Below are positions 13,982 to 25,849 of a stretch of DNA of 64,000 nt, piece after piece. The notes beneath the pieces were generated by a model. It did not search any database. It was not told the origin of the DNA and worked only from the letters and a program-made list of their open reading frames with translations. A program made the translations under genes and the position numbers. Source of the stretch: Anaeramoeba ignava BMAN. Lineage: Eukaryota; Protista; Anaeramoebae. Position 1 is the first letter of the stretch, and every line of letters begins with the position of its first letter. Location of the stretch: contig JAPDFW010000101.1 in NCBI GenBank assembly GCA_028826165.1, forward strand, positions 167,450 to 231,449, in the 5' to 3' direction.

Positions 13982-16900
13982 TTAATTCATGTGACTTGGA
14001 TAAATGAATATATATTTTTGTTCTTCAAAATTGGAAATTTCAACTGAATCATTACTATTACTATTATTTAAAACTGCTTTGAAAAAAGGAAGAATTTGAT
14101 GACCAGGAACTAAAGGAATAACATTATAACATAATAAACGAGTGCTTCTTGGAAGAACAGCCAATTCAACTTGTTCCAAACCATTAAGAACAAAATCAGG
14201 ATTTGAAATCAACCGAATTTGAATAAATTGGATATTATTAGAATTATTAATGATTTGGAAATGAAACAAAATTGTTGATCCAACAAATCCTGTTTGAGGA
14301 AATTTACTTTTGATGATAATATCTTGTAATTTATGTAATTGATCAACAATTGGATAATTTAATATTCCAATCAAATGATTTTCTTTCCATTCATCAGAAT
14401 AATAACCTGATCTTTTAACAGTTTCTTTTTCTTTTTCTTTTTCTTTTTCTTTTTCTTTCAAATTTTCATCTTCAATTTCCTTCGTTTTTTTAAATAACAT
14501 TTCTTCAATTTCTGATTTATTATTCCTTTTCAAATTATTACTTAATAAATGAATCAATTCCGAAAATTGATGTAAAATTGGATTTTGCAGATCATCTTGA
14601 ACTCTTTTCAAATGTGTTTCAACAAAACCAAAATTTTTTTCTGTAAAGAAATCTTTTTCTTGATCAAAAAAGAAAGAAGAATGAATTGAATAAGTTTCTT
14701 TTTGCTCAATTATTTGAGGTAAAAATGCACCATGAACATTTTTTGATTTGCGAATAAAATTTGAGTTCAAAATCAATTCAACTTCTTGCAAATTGATTTG
14801 GAACGGAAGTTGGGATAATAAATCACACCAAAATACTCCCAATGATTGATCCATATCCAAATCAAGTTTAGGGAACTGCCAATCAAATACTAACTGAAAA
14901 GGATTGACAAATTCAATTTGAAATTGTTTTGAAATCAATCTGTTGTATTTCAAGATTGTTTGGAATTTAATATCCACATTGATCGTGATTTTCCTTGCAG
15001 CATTGCTTTGAATGCAGAAAAGAATAAAGTATTCATTATGCGGAGGGATTTCTGGAAGAACAAAATTCTCGAATATTTTGTTTGGAGATTGAAGAATTTT
15101 AAGCGAATAAACTACTTCAAATGATTGTATATTGATTTCTCCTGACGAGATGTGTTCATCATCACTTTGAATAATTAATTTAACAGGAAAGAATTCATTG
15201 ATTATTGCTGGTGGGTCGTATTCAAATAATATTGTGATTTCTGGTTGAGGAATTGTGATTTGAAGAATGTTTCTTAAAGGAAATTTCCACATCAAAATTT
15301 TTTCCTCTTTTTCCATTTGGATTGGATCCCATGCAAATATAATTCTTTGTTGGTTTTCTTTTCCATAAACTAATTCGATTGAATAACATTGTAAATTTCC
15401 TCCAAATTCTTTTGCCTTATTTTTAAATTCAAGTATTTTTTCTTTTTCGGGTAATAATTCAATTAGATTTTCTTTATTATTTTCACCAACATCATAAGAA
15501 GCAATATTGAATCTGATGAAAATATTTTGGAAAACAATTGGATTAACAAAATGTGAGATTAAACGAACTCGAAAAACAATGGGATGATGTTGATAAACTT
15601 GTGATTTTAGAAAGTGACTTCTGCATGAGATTAACTTGTTTAATGGATTTTTATCATTCATTACGATTATTTTTTGTTCTGGAATTGGAGTGATTGGAAT
15701 TTTTTGAGGATTCTAGAGGGGAATTATTTTTAAAATGAATTAAAATATTGAATTGAAAAATTATTTTTAAAATGAATTAAAATATTGAATTGAAAAATTA
15801 TTTTTAAAATGAATTAAAATAATAAATTAAAATTATTTTTAAAAATGAATTAAAATATTGAATTGAAAAATTATTTTAAAAATGAATTAAAATAATAAAT
15901 TAAAAATTATTTTAAAAATGAATTAAAATAATAAATTGAAAATTATTTTTAAAAATGAATTAAAATATTAAATTAAGAAATTATTTTTAAAAATGAATTA
16001 AAATATTAAATTAGAAATTATTTTTAAAAATGAATTAAAATATTGAATTGAAAATTATTTTTAAAAATTATTATTTTTAAAAATGAATTAAAATATTGAA
16101 TTGAAAATTATTTTTAAAAATGAATTAAAATATTTAAATTAGAAATTATTTTTAAAAATGAATTAAAATATTAATTGAGAAATTATTTTAAAAATGAATT
16201 AAAATATTAAATTAGAAATTATTTTTAAAAATGAATTAAAATAATAAATTGAAAATTATTTTTAAAATGAATTAAAATAATTGAAAAATTATTTTAAAAT
16301 GAATTAAAAAATTAAATTAAAAAATCGCATTTTAAAAATGATTTTAAACAATTGAAATTATTTTTAAAATGAATTAAAATATTAAATTGGGAAATTATTT
16401 TTAAAAATGAATTAAAATGTTGAATTAGAAATTATTTTTAAAATGAATTAAAATATTAAATTGGGAAATTATTTTAAAAATGAATTAAAATATTAAATTA
16501 AAATTATTTTTTAAAATGAATTAAAATATTAATTAGAAATTATTTTTAGAAATGAATTAAAATATTAATTAGAAATTATTTTTTGAATTAATTAAAATAT
16601 AAAATTGAAAATTATTTTTAAAATGAATAAATTAATAAATTGAAAAATTATTTTTTTCATTCTTTTTAAAATGTACAAAAATCGCATTTTGAAGATGATT
16701 TTGAACAATTAATCTTGTTTCTTTTGGAAGAGATAAATCAGGATTATTTAAATTCAAAAGAGAAAAGAGTAAAACTTTCCAATCATTTAATTGAATTGAA
16801 CATTCAAATAAATATAATAAATTTTTTGATAATAAACAATTCCAAGAATTTGGAATCATATTATTAACAAGATGTTGAATAAATGGTGAAGCTTTTTCAA

Positions 16901-19390
16901 ATAATAAATTTTCAAAATATTGTTCAGCAACTAGTTCTAAAATATGAGCTTGAATTCCTTTATGATTTTTTTGAATATCAAAATTAAAATGATATGCCAT
17001 TTTGAGTAATACTAAATTATTTGAGAAATGATCAAATTGGTCTTCTCTAATTAATTCTTTGAGTAAATCCTTCATAGCTAAATTAAAATAAGTTTGGAAT
17101 TAAATTAAAATCAATTTGAAATAAATTTGAATTGAAATAAATTAAATTTGGATTTAAAATAAATTTGAATTTAAATCAATTTAAAATAAGTTTGAAATTT
17201 GAATTAAATTAAAATAAATTTGAATTTAAATAAATTTGAAATTAAATAAATTTGAATTTAAATAAATTTAAAATAAATTTGAAATTTAAATTGAAATAAA
17301 TTTGAATTTGAAATTTAAATTGAAATAAATTTGAATTTGTAATTAAAATTGAAATTTAAATCAAATTGAAATAAAATTGAATTAAAATTAAATTAAATTT
17401 GAATTTATACATAAACTAAAATTAGATTTCCCAATAAATTCAATATTTTCTAAATCTAAAGTGCTCTTAGAAAAAGTTGTTTTAATGGGAAAATTCAAAT
17501 CAGTTTTTTCAATTTCAGATTTAAATTTAATCAATAAATTCTTGACACAATGAGTTCTTTTAATAGCATATTTAGCAGCAATATAATAATAAAAAGAGAT
17601 ATTTTTAAAAGGATCAGGAGAAAGTTTTGTATTTTTGATACCGAATTTTTCCCACAAAGAAGCAAAAAATTGAAATTGTTGAGAAATATATTGAAAATGT
17701 TCAAAATCTCTTTCTGAAATTGGGAATCGATATTTTTGATAAATATTCATATGATTTCTAAATTGTTGAATAGCAGAATCGAAATCATTCATTTCGAAAT
17801 AATTAGTGATGATCTTAATAGTTAAAATTTCTGCAAAAACTTTAATTTCCGTTAAAGTTGTCATTGTACTAACAACTTCTCTTAAATTTTTATAAGATTT
17901 TAAAAAGTTTTCATTTGCTTTTTGTAAATCACCCATGCATTCAAAATAAAATCCACATTTAAAATAGTTTCTTGTTGATAACATTGAGTTAGATCGTTTG
18001 CTTATGCTTTCTTGATATTTTCTTATTCGATTTGCTTCTTTTTTGTATGCTCGATTAGATAAATTTTGTAATTCACTCTCAATTTTGGTTTTGATTGCTT
18101 GTTGGAAACTCATATAAAGTATTCCTGTTCCTCTTTTATGATCAAGTTGTTTTTTAATTGTTGTTAAAAAATCTTCAAACGGTGGTGCTTGTTCTAATTT
18201 TTTTAAAAATCTTCAATTTCAATTATAATTTTAATTTCAAAATGAATTTTTAATTTCAAAATGAATTTTAATTTCTTTAAATGAATTTTAATTTTTATTT
18301 TAATTTTAAAATGAATTTTAATTTTAATTTCAAAATGAATTTTAATTTTTAATTTTAATTTTAATTTCAAAATGAATTTTAATTTCAAAATGAATTTTAA
18401 TTTTAATTTCAAAATTTTAATTTTAATTTTAATTTCAAAATGAATTTTAATTTTTAATTTTAATTTTAATTTTAAAATGAATTTTATTTTAATTTTATAA
18501 ATGAATTTTATTTTAATTTTAATTTTAATTTTAATTTTAATTTTTAATTTTAATTTTATTTTAATTTTAATTTTAAATTTTTATAAATGAATTTTATTTT
18601 AATTTTAATTTTAATTTTAATTTTAATTTTAATTTTAAATTTAATTTTAAATTTAATTTTAATTATAAATGAATTTTTGGATTTAATTTTAATTTTAATT
18701 TTAATTTTAATTTTAATTTAATTTTAATTTTAATTTTAATTTTTAAATTTAATTTTTAATTTTAAAAATGAATTTTAATTTTAATTTTAATTTTAATTTT
18801 AAATTTTAATTTTTAATTTTTAATTTTAATTTTTATTTTAATTTTAATTTTAATTTTAATTTTAAATTTTAATTTTAATTTTAATTTTAATTTTAATTTT
18901 TTTAATTTTAATTTTAATTTTAATTTTAATTTTAATTGATGTATTAAATTGTAAATTGTAAAAAAAAAGTTATTTTGGAAATTTTTGCTTTTTTTTTTGT
19001 TTAGAAAAGAATAAACATACGACTTCGAAAACGAATTGCTAACAAAATAAAAATTTTAAAATTACGAGATTTTTCAATTTCCAATAAATTTTGAACTAAA
19101 GTTTTAACTTCAGTTTGAGTTTTTTCAATAGATTCAACATCATGAAGAGAAACAACAACAGAAGGAATTTGATAAATATGTTTTAACAACCATTTTGAGT
19201 GAAGAATTCCTTCAGGTTGACGGATTTCTGTTTGTGTGTTCTTGATTTTTTGTGGTTTAATTTCTTGATATTTTATAAACCTAAATTTGTTTTTATAAAT
19301 ATCTTGAAATAATTCTAAATGTTCATCTTTTCCTATAAAACTTATTAATGGTAATGGTCTTGTTATAATTTCTTTCGGATAAATTTCCAT
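13982..19390 (-). CDS. TRAPPC11: Trafficking protein particle complex subunit 11 (foie gras/gryzun); exons 19390..19021, 18193..17411, 17077..16677, 15712..13982
   Basis: N-terminal PLPLISFIG and PEGILHSKWLLKHIYQIPSVVV, central helical region (FKCGFYFE; QFRNHM), C-terminal gryzun-like end (LAVLPRSTRLLCYNVIPLVPGHQILP). Three GT-AG introns give consistent phases. Confidence 0.85.
15720..16630. repeat. Intronic ~35-bp minisatellite in TRAPPC11 intron 3
   Basis: AAATTATTTTTAAAAATGAATTAAAATATT-type unit repeated in tandem. Confidence 0.85.
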
Positions 19391-19520
19391 TTTTAATTTT
19401 TAATTTTTGAATTTTTGAAATGAAAAAATGAATTTGTAAAATTTTAAAAAAAAAAATTGTTTCTTTTTTTTCATTTTAAAATTAAAATTCATTTTATTTT
19501 TCATTTTTTTCTTTTTAAAA

Positions 19521-21312
19521 ATGATGAATGAAATTTTATTTTTTGGTTTAAATAAATATCTAAATTTTATCAAAAATAAACCAAATAAAATAACAAAACC
19601 AATTCAATTTAAATTTGAAAATGAAAATGAAAATGAAAATGAAAATGAAAAACAAATTAAACAAATTTCATCAGGTTTCTTTTCAACAATTTTCCTTTTT
19701 AAAAATGGAAAAGCAATAGAATATTTATTACAAAATTCAAATCAAAATCCTTCAAAAATCCAAATTGAAGAAAATATTCAAAAAGTAACTGTTGGTTTTC
19801 AAAATAAAGCTATTTTAACAATAGAAGGAAATGTATTTGCCAAAGGAGAATATATTAATCCAGAAAATACTTATGAATTTATCAATATTTCATCATTAAT
19901 TGAAGATAAAAATGATAGAATAATTCAAGGTATTGTTTCTGGAGCTTGTTCAATTTACTTATTAACTTCAAATCAAAATGCTTATGGAATTGGTTCAAAT
20001 GAACAAGGTAAACTTGGTTTTGATTCTAGAACACTTAAAAAAACAGAAAAACCAATTTTAATGATGAAAAATGTTTCTAAAATATTTTCAGGAAATTCTT
20101 CATTTCATGTTTTTCTTTTAAATTCAAATCAAGAATTATTTGGATGCGGTAATAATGGATATGGTCGACTTGGATTAGGAAAATCAAAAAGAAGAAACCA
20201 AAATCCAAAAATTAACCAAAATCCAAAATATTCCAAAAGGTAAAATAATTGATATTCAATGTGGATATTCTTATTCAATAATGTTGATTGAAAATGAAAA
20301 TGAAAATGAAAATCCAAAAAGAAAACTTTATTCATGTGGTTATTATGAATATAATGGACTTGGCAAAAATGAAAATACTTATGAATTTACTGAAATCAAA
20401 TCATCTTTATTTGAAAATGATAATATTCTTGAGTTTTCTGTTGGAAGAGAACATAATTTGATTTTAACTTCCAAAGGGAAACTAATAGTATTTGGAAGTA
20501 ATTTTTGTGGTGAATTAGGAACTGGAAATACAAAAGATGAACCAATTCCAATTCAAATTGAACTTCCTAAATTAAGATTTAATGAAGATATTTCTAATTA
20601 TCATATTTCTTGTGGTGATTACAAATCATTTCTTTATTATTCTCTTCCTTCTTTTTCCAATCTTGAAGAAGATTTGATAAAATTATTTGAAAGAAAAGAA
20701 TTTTGTGATATTTCATTTAAAACTGAAAATGGAGAAATAATTGAAGCTCATAAATTAATATTGAAATATAGATTAAAACAAAATCAAAATGAAATTGAAA
20801 AACTTAAAGAAATTATTTCAAAAAAATCAATTAAAGAATCAAATCAAATATTTGAAATGATTTATTCAAACAGAATAATAAATCCAAAATTATATTCTGA
20901 AATTAAAGAAATTATAAATTCAAATGAAAAAATTGAAGAAACAATGAAAAGAATTTATTTAAATGAAAATGAAAATGAAAATGAAAAAGATTTTATAATT
21001 GAAAGAAAAGAAAAGAAATATAAATTTCCTAAATTAATATTAATAATGAGAAGTGAATTATATCGAGGAATGTTTTTATCTGTAACAGAAGATAAATCTA
21101 ATAAAGTTACAGATTATAGTGAATTAAGTAATAAATCATTTCAAATATTTGAATATTGGATTTATTCAAATCAAATTAAAGATGAAATTGAAATTACACA
21201 AGAAATAATTGAAGAACTTCAAATTGGAATTGATTATTTTCAATTAAATCAAACAAATCCAAATTTATTTGATTTATTAATTAATCAAAATAAATTTAAA
21301 AATCAAAATTAA
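19521..21312 (+). CDS. RCC1-like repeat + BTB/POZ protein, paralogue 1 (frameshift ~20186-20190)
   Basis: RCC1 motifs (GCGNNGYGRLGLG; FGSNFCGELGTG) and BTB-like segments (FCDISF..EAHKLIL; RSELYRGMF). It is 2 nt short at TCAAAAAGAAG relative to paralogue 3. Confidence 0.8.
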
Positions 21313-21483
21313 AATCAAAATCAAAATCAAAATCAAAATTAAAATTAAAATTAAAATTAAAATTAAAATTAAAATTAAAATCAAAATTAAAATTAAAATT
21401 AAAATCAAAATTAAAATTAAAATTTAAATTTAAAATTAAAATTAAAATTAAAATTAAAATTAAAATTAAAATCAAAATTAAAA

Positions 21484-21520
21484 ATCATTTTTCATTTTTT
21501 TCATTTTTTTCATTTCAAAA
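21484..21520 (+). promoter_or_regulatory. Tandem TCATTTT initiator-like element (representative copy)
   Basis: Four TCATTT units immediately precede ATG 21521. The same motif precedes most starts in the window on the correct strand. Confidence 0.6.
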
Positions 21521-23407
21521 ATGAATGATTGTTTATTTTTTGGTTTAAATAAATATCCAATTCTTATCAAAAATGAATTAGATGAAATAATAAAACCAAT
21601 TCAATTTATCAAAAATGAACCAAAAATAACAAAAAATGAAAATGAAAATGAAAATGAAAAATGAAAATGAAAACAAATAAAACAAATTTCATCAAGTTTC
21701 TTTTCAACAATTTTCCTTTTTAAAAATGGAAAAGCAATAGAATATTTATTTCAAAATTCAAATCAAAATCCTTCAAAAATCCAAATTGAAAATATTCAAA
21801 AAGTAACTGTTGGGTATGATATCGAAGCTATTTTAACAATAGAAAGAAATGTATTTGCAAAAGGAAAATATATTAATCCAAAAAATCCAAATGAATTTAT
21901 CAATATTTCATCATTATTTGAAGATAAAAATGATAGAATAATTCAAGATATTGTTTCTGGAAATAGTTCAATTTACTTATTAACTTCAAATCAAAATGCT
22001 TATGGATTTGGTGCAAATTATAATGGCCAACTTGGTTTTGATCCTAGAACACTTAAAAAAAAAGAAAAACCAATTTTAATGATGAAAAATGTTTCTAAAA
22101 TATTTTCAGGAAATTCTTCAAATTCTGTTTTTCTTTTAAATTCAAATCAAGAATTATTTGGATGCGGTGATAATGGATATGGTCAACTTGGATTAGGAGA
22201 ATCAAGAAGAAAAGAAACAAATATCTATAAATTAACCAAAATCCAAAATATTCCAAAAGGCAAAATAATTGATATTAAATGTGGATTTGTTTATTCAATA
22301 ATGTTGATTGAAAATGAAAATGAAAATCCAAATCCAAAAAGAAAATTTTATTCGTGTGGAGATTATCAGTATAATGGGCTTGGCCAAAATGAAAATACTT
22401 ATAAATTTACTGAAATCAAATCATCTTTATTTGAAAATGATGATGATATTATTGATTTTTCTGTTGGAGTATATCATAATTTGATTTTAACTTCCAAAGG
22501 GAAACTAATAGTATTTGGAGATAATGAATGTGGTGAATTAGGAACTGGAGATACAATAAACCAATTAATTCCAATTCAAATTGAACTTCCTGAATTAAGA
22601 TTTAATGAAAATATTTCCAATTATCATGTTTATTGTGGGCATTTTAATACATTTCTTTATTATTCTCCTTTTCTTTCTTCTTTTTCCAATCTTGAAGAAG
22701 ATTTGATAAAACTATTTAGAAGAAAAGAATTTTGTGATATTTCATTTAAAACCAAAAATGGAGAAATAATCAAAGCTCATAAATTAATATTGAAATATAG
22801 ATTAAATCAAAATCAAAATGAAATTGAAAAACTTAAAGAAATTATTTCAAAAAAATCAATTAAAGAATCAAATCAAATATTTAAAATGATTTATTCAAAC
22901 AGAATAATAAATCCAATATTATATTTTGAAATTAAAGAAATTATAAATTTAAATGAAAAAATTGAAGAAACAATTAAAAGAATTTATTTAAATGAAAATG
23001 AAAATGAAAATGAAAATGAAAAAGATTTTATAATTGAAAGAAAAGAAAAACAATATAAATTTCCAAAATTAATATTAATAATGAGAAGTGAATTATATCG
23101 AGGAATGTTTTTATCTGTAACAGAAGATACTTCTAATAAAGTTACAGATTATAGTGAATTAAGTAATAAATCATTTCAAATATTTGAATATTGGATTTAT
23201 TCAAATCAAATTAAAGAAGATATTCAAATTACAAAAGAAATAATTGAAGAATTAGAAACTGGAATTGATTATTTTCAATTAAATCAAACATATCCAAATT
23301 TATTTGATTTATTAATTAACAAATTTAATAATCAAAATCAAAATCAAAATCAAAATCAAAATCAAAATCAAAATCAAAATCAAAATCAAAATCAAAATCA
23401 AAATTAA
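21521..23407 (+). CDS. RCC1-like repeat + BTB/POZ protein, paralogue 2 (two in-frame TGAs at 21662 and 21668 from compensating indels)
   Basis: ATG at 21521 (MNDCLFFGLNKYP) is in the same frame as the 22079 ORF and collinear with paralogues 1 and 3. Confidence 0.8.
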
Positions 23408-23751
23408 AATTGAGAAAATGAAAATAAAAATTAAAATTCAAAATCAAAATTAAAATTCAAAATCAAAATCAAAATCAAAAAATCAAAATCAAAATCAAAA
23501 TCAAAATTCAAAATCAAAATCAAAATTTAAAATTAAAATTAAAATCAAAATTAAAAAGAAAAAAAATTAAAATTAAAAAATCAAAATCAAAAATTAAAAT
23601 CAAAATTAAAATTAAAATTAAAATTAAAATTAAAATTAAAATCAAAATAAAAATTAAAATCAAAATCAAAATTAAAATCAAAATTAAAATCAAAATTAAA
23701 ATTAAAATTAAAAATCCAAATTTCATTTTTTCATTTTTTTACTTTTCAAAA

Positions 23752-25674
23752 ATGATGAATGAAATTTTATTTTTTGGCTCAAATGAATATCCAATTCTTA
23801 TCAAAAATGAACCAAAAAAAATAACAAAACCAATTCAATTTAAATTTGAAAATGAAAATGAAAATGAAAATGAAAAACAAATTAAACAAATTGCATCAGG
23901 AGATTTTTCAATAATTTTCTTTTTTGAAAATGGAAAAGCAATAGAATATTTACATGAAGACTTTTTAAATAAAAATCCTTCAAAAATCCAAATTGAAAAT
24001 ATTCAAAAAGTAACTGTTGGTTATGATAATGAAGCTATTTTAACAATAGAAGGAAATGTATTTGCCAAAGGATATGCAATTAATCCAAAAAATCCAAATG
24101 AATTTATCAATATTTCATCATTATTTGAAGATACAAATGATAGAATAATTGAAGATATTGTCTGTTCAAGAAGTTCAATTTACTTATTAACCTCAAATCA
24201 AAATGTTTATGGAATTGCTGATAATTTTTATGGTCAACTTGGTTTTGATCCTAGAACACTTAAAAAAACAGAAAAACCAATTTTAATGATGAAAAATATT
24301 TCTAAAATATTTACAGGAAATTTTTCAGGTTATGTTTTTCTTTTGAATTCAAATCAAGAATTATTTGTATGCGGTAATAATGGATTTGGTCAACTTGGAT
24401 TAGGAGAATCAAGAAAAGAAGAAACCAAAATCCAAAACTTAACCAAAATTGAAAATATTCCAAAAGGTAAAATAATTGATATTCAATGTGGATCAACTTT
24501 ATCAATAATGATGATTGAAAATGAAAATGAAAATCCAAATCCAAAAAGAAAACTTTATTCATGTGGAGATTATAGATTTAATGGACTTGGCAAAAATGAA
24601 AATACTTATGAATTTACTGAAATCAAATCATCTTTATTTGAAAATGATAATATTCTTGAGTTTTCTGTTGGAGTATATCATACTTTGATTTTAACTTCTA
24701 ATTTAAAAATGATAGGGTTTGGAAGAAATAATGAAGGTGAATTAGGAACTGGAGATACTGAAAACCAATTAATTCCAATTCAAATTGAACTTCCTAAATT
24801 AAGATTTAATGAAGAAGTTTCCAATTATCATATTTCTTGTGGTGCTTGGAGTTCATTTCTTTATTATTCACCTTTCCTTTCTTCTTTTTCCAATCTTGAA
24901 GAAGATTTGATAAAACTATTTGAAAGAAAAGAATTTTGTGATATTTCATTTAAAACCAAAAATGGAGAAATAATTAAAGCTCATAAATTAATATTGAAAT
25001 ATAGATTAAATCAAAATCAAAATGAAATTGAAAAACTTAAAGAAATTATTTCAACTAAATCAATTAAAGAATCAAATCAAATATTTGAAATGATTTATTC
25101 AAACAGAATAATAAATCCAAAATTATATTTTGAAATTAAAGAAATTATAAATTCAAATGAAAAAATAGAAGAAACAATGAAAAGAATTTATTTAAATGAA
25201 AATGAAAATGAAAAAGATTTTATAATTGAAAGAAAAGAAAAACAATATAAATTTCCCAAATTAATATTAATAATGAGAAGTGAATTATATCGAGGAATGT
25301 TTTTATCTGTTACAAATGATACTTCTAATAAAGTTACAGATTATAGTGAATTAAGTAATAAATCATTTCAAATATTTGAATATTGGATTTATTCAAATCA
25401 AATTAAAGAAGAAATTGAAATTACACAAGAAATCATTGAAGAAATTGAAATTGGAATTGATTATTTTCAATTAAATCAAACAAATCCAAATTTATTTGAT
25501 TTATTAATTAACAAATTTAATAATCAAAATCAAAATCAAATTCAAAATCAAAATCAAAATCAAAATCAAAATCAAATTCAAATTCAAAATAAAAATGAAA
25601 AATTAAATACACAAGAAAGAGAAGAAAAAGAACAAAAACATAAAAAGAAAACAGGAAAGTGTGATATTTTTTGA
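23752..25674 (+). CDS. RCC1-like repeat + BTB/POZ protein, paralogue 3 (intact; C-terminal polybasic + CaaX)
   Basis: Intact 640-aa ORF with RCC1 and BTB motifs; ends KHKKKTGKCDIF*. Confidence 0.9.
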   Translation: MMNEILFFGSNEYPILIKNEPKKITKPIQFKFENENENENEKQIKQIASGDFSIIFFFENGKAIEYLHEDFLNKNPSKIQIENIQKVTVGYDNEAILTIEGNVFAKGYAINPKNPNEFINISSLFEDTNDRIIEDIVCSRSSIYLLTSNQNVYGIADNFYGQLGFDPRTLKKTEKPILMMKNISKIFTGNFSGYVFLLNSNQELFVCGNNGFGQLGLGESRKEETKIQNLTKIENIPKGKIIDIQCGSTLSIMMIENENENPNPKRKLYSCGDYRFNGLGKNENTYEFTEIKSSLFENDNILEFSVGVYHTLILTSNLKMIGFGRNNEGELGTGDTENQLIPIQIELPKLRFNEEVSNYHISCGAWSSFLYYSPFLSSFSNLEEDLIKLFERKEFCDISFKTKNGEIIKAHKLILKYRLNQNQNEIEKLKEIISTKSIKESNQIFEMIYSNRIINPKLYFEIKEIINSNEKIEETMKRIYLNENENEKDFIIERKEKQYKFPKLILIMRSELYRGMFLSVTNDTSNKVTDYSELSNKSFQIFEYWIYSNQIKEEIEITQEIIEEIEIGIDYFQLNQTNPNLFDLLINKFNNQNQNQIQNQNQNQNQNQIQIQNKNEKLNTQEREEKEQKHKKKTGKCDIF

Positions 25675-25849
25675 ATACAAATTATTAATGAAATTCAAAT
25701 TTATTTGATTTATTAATTAAAATTAAAATTAAAATTCAAAAATCATTTTTTCATTTTTCTATTCAAAATTTTAATGTATCATAAATTAGATAAAATCTAT
25801 TTTTTGAATTTTGATTATTATTATTAAAAAAAAAAGTTTTGTTTCTAAA

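Noticed and set aside
21662-21670. In-frame TGA codons as stop-codon reassignment or selenocysteine
   Set aside because: Explained by one A displaced within the (GAAAAT)n tract. TGA serves as a normal stop elsewhere (13874, 25674, 32504).
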